A stretch of DNA of 64,000 nucleotides, taken from Chara braunii. Its lineage: Eukaryota; Plantae; Charophyceae. This document shows positions 61,101-64,000 of this stretch, piece after piece. The position numbers and the translations under genes were made by a program. The notes beneath the pieces are model-generated. The model was not told the DNA's origin. It worked only from the letters and a program-made list of their open reading frames with translations, and searched no databases. Position 1 is the stretch's first letter; each line of letters opens with the position of its first letter. The stretch covers positions 4,433,602 to 4,497,601 of the forward strand of contig BFEA01000031.1 in the NCBI GenBank assembly GCA_003427395.1. The letters are read 5' to 3'.

Positions 61101-64000
61101 ATCGGAGCCAAAGGGGCTCAAAATGGAGGTTAACGGGACAAAAATGGGCTCCCTTGGGGCAAGGGCATGCCACCTTGGCAGACCGGGGTGTAACGGTCAA
61201 CAGTCGGCCATGAACCTGGCCACAATCAAGGTTGTAAGGCCTATAAAGAGGGTGTACAACAAATTGACACATGCCACATTAAAAATAAAAGAAAAAGAAA
61301 AGAAAAAGAAGAGAAAAAGGAGGGAGAATGATACAAAATAGGAGAAATGGGTGGAGGAGAGTGTGCTGGCCCATTGGGATGGCTGCGGTAGGGACTGCCA
61401 GGTCCCAATGATGACCTCACTCCTCCAAGACCCAAGGGGAGTAGGCCAGATTGCTGAGCTCAACAAAATCTGAATTAAAAAAACAAAAATAAGAGAAAAT
61501 GCAGAAAGGAGAGAATCCAGTTTTCTTCTTAACCATGGATCTGAGATCAGATCTCATGGTGGCGAGAAAACAGCCGTTTTTTGTGGGCCAGCCCAAAACA
61601 GCTAGATCCAAAATGAGGTGGCAGCCCAAAAAGGAAAGAAACAATGACGAAGAAAAAGACAAAAATGTGCATTTGGCCCCAAACGAGGTCCAGATGCACC
61701 AAAAATTAAAAAGTTGAGCCTATAGGCTCAAAATTGAACCAAAGACCACCATGGGGTAGCTCGGAGTATTGGTGGTCTTGGATTTCAGCCTGATCCAAGG
61801 CTGAAAATGTGCCGCCACTTGGGAAAATGGTCTGGCCTACCCAAAGGAGGCCGAAACTTGGAAAAATCGAGAAAAAGGCTCATTAGGCTTTTTTCTCTCA
61901 AGTGGGCTACCCCTTGGACCTTGGATTCAAGGGGACAACTTTTTCCAAGAGGTAGGAGGCTGGAAAAAGGCCCAAGGGGTAGGCCGAGTTGGTATTAGCC
62001 TCTCGGACTGCATGTACCTAGCCAAAAAGAGGCCGAGGTGTCCCCGAAAGGCCTAGAGGGAAAATTTGGCCAAGGGGGTACCTCGGTTCACTGTAGGGCA
62101 CCTTGGGGAGGCCCATGGGCTGGCCGGAGTGCTGTCCCCAGCCTATATAAGCTGGGGATTCAGTCCGCCTCACTCACACTTGCATGAGGAGTGCCCATAC
62201 TGCCCAAATGAGCCCGTGAGAGCTCTAGAGGCATTCAGAGAGTAGTGAGGGGAACCCCTACCAGTTTGAGAGTGTAGAGGAGGTTGTGAGCTAGTGAGGA
62301 GAGACTCAACCGACTAGTGGTAGTGAGGAGGGTGATCCGCCATAGCTCCCAGACTAGTGGAAAAGGAGGCAAGGTTAAGAGGGATCTCATCAGCCCTCCT
62401 AGAGAGGAGGACTCCCTAACCTTAGTGATAGGAGTCCGTGACAACTTGGAGGAGGAGAGAAAGGAAGGAGAGAGGCTTGAAGAAGAAGGGAGTCATAGCC
62501 AAGAGGAAGGAAGCTTCGTTGAGAGTGAAAGATATCCAAGGGGTGAGTGGAGAGACACCCCCCCTTCTGCTCCCTTCTCTCCTTCCCCCTCTCCTTCTCC
62601 CCTTCCTCTTCTTCTTCTTCTCCTTCTTCTTCTTCTTCTTCTTCTTCTTCTTCTTCTTCTTCTTCTTCTTCTCCTTCTCCTTCCCCTTCTTTTTCTTCCT
62701 CCTCTTCTCCTTCCTCTTCTTCTTCCTCTTCTTCTTCATCTTCTTCCCCTTCCTCTCCTCCTTCCTTTCCCCCTTCCTTCTCTCCCCTTTCTCCCCATCT
62801 TCCTCCTTTCTCTCTCCCTAGTGTATGTGAGCTCAAACTTATGATTTTTTCTCATTTTCTTCATGATTCTACTTGTTTTTCTACTTAGGTGTGAAGCACA
62901 ACTTCTATATTGATGTCAACTAGTGTTAGAGTGATGTAAAGTGCATGTTTTGTCTATTTCTTCACTCCCATGTGAATCGCAACTATCTCCCTAGTGTATG
63001 TGAGCTCAAACTTGTGATTTTATCTCATTTTCTTCATGATTTTACTTGTTTTTCAACATGGGAATGAAGCGCAACTTCTACGTTGATGTCAACTAGTGTT
63101 AGAGTGATGTAAAGTGCGTGTTTTGTCCATTTCTTCACTCCCATGTGAGTCGCAACTCTCCACCTAGTGTATGTGAGCTCAAACTTATGATTTTATCTCA
63201 TTTTCTTCATGATTCTACTTGTTTTTCTACTTGGGTGTGAAACGTAATTTCTATGTTGATGTCAACTAGTGTTAGAGTGATGTAAAGTACGTGTTTTGTT
63301 TATTTCTTCACTCCTATGTGAATCGCAACTCTCTCCCTAGTATATGTGAGCTCAAGCTTGTGAATTTCTCTCATATTCTTCGTGCTGCACTTGTTTTGCT
63401 ACTTGGGTGTGAATCACAACTTCAATCTTTGTGTTGTGGAGTGTGTGAGTAGTGCAAAGTGCTTGTTTTGACTGTTCTTCCTTCCCCATGTGTAGCGCAA
63501 GTTTTCCCCTTGTGATTGTGAGCGTATGTGAGTATAGTTCTCTCCCGCTCGTCTCTTTTCGCTTGTTCGGCTTCTTGGGTGTGAATCGCAACTTCAATCT
63601 TTGTATTGTGGGATATATGAGTAGTGCAAAGTGTTTGTTTTGGTTGTTCTCCCTTCCCCATGTGTAGCACAACTTTCCCCCTTGTGATTGTGAGCCTATG
63701 TGAGTGTAGTTCTCTCCCATTCGTCACTTTTTCACTTGTTCGTCTACTTGGGTGTGAATCGAAGCTTCAATCTTAGTGTTGTGCAGTGCCTGAGTACTGC
63801 AAAGTGTTTGTTTTGACTGTTCTTCCTTCCCCATATGTAGCGCAACTTTCCTCCTTGGGTACGTGAACCCGTGCGTGTGTTCCCCTCCTCCGTGAGTCTT
63901 CCTTCGCCTGACTCTTCACTTGGACGTCGATGCAACTTCAACACTAGTGTGGTACAGTGGTCTGGGAGTGTAGGAGGTCTGCATTGTCTGTCTCTCACCC
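58195..64000 (+). mobile_element. ~5.8-kb giant LTR (family G2), ending a few bp past the window
   Basis: Starts TGTCGGGACTAG; colinear with the reverse complement of 30453-38366, with only about 6 satellite units (62818-63860). Confidence 0.92.

Overview
Eukaryotic, repeat-saturated DNA with no intact host gene. The protein styles (L1 ORF1/APE, Ty3/gypsy with extra ORFs, Ulp1-bearing repeat gene) suggest a charophyte alga such as Chara; this is an inference only. The window is a stack of nested mobile elements: (i) a decayed L1 LINE (about 1.4-3.3 kb); (ii) a DNA-transposon-like unit with a spliced Ulp1/SUMO-protease gene and palindromic repeat arrays (3.7-11.9 kb, with related arrays at 54-55 kb); (iii) a minus-strand Ty3/gypsy element (about 12-28.5 kb) whose pol is split by a 4.8-kb solo LTR with a 4-bp TSD, and whose gag/protease region carries two 522-bp MITEs; (iv) two families of giant TGTCG...CGACA LTRs (4.8-8.4 kb); (v) the 3' end of a chromovirus. 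Most notable are a decayed DNMT3-like/phage-like cytosine methyltransferase just upstream of the PPT of a giant-LTR element whose LTR holds an expandable 173-bp satellite, a ~480-nt LTR-terminal block next to the tRNA-Asp PBS that shows compensatory base changes between diverged copies (candidate structured RNA), and a captured LSU rRNA fragment inside an LTR. All coordinates and alignments were read by eye.
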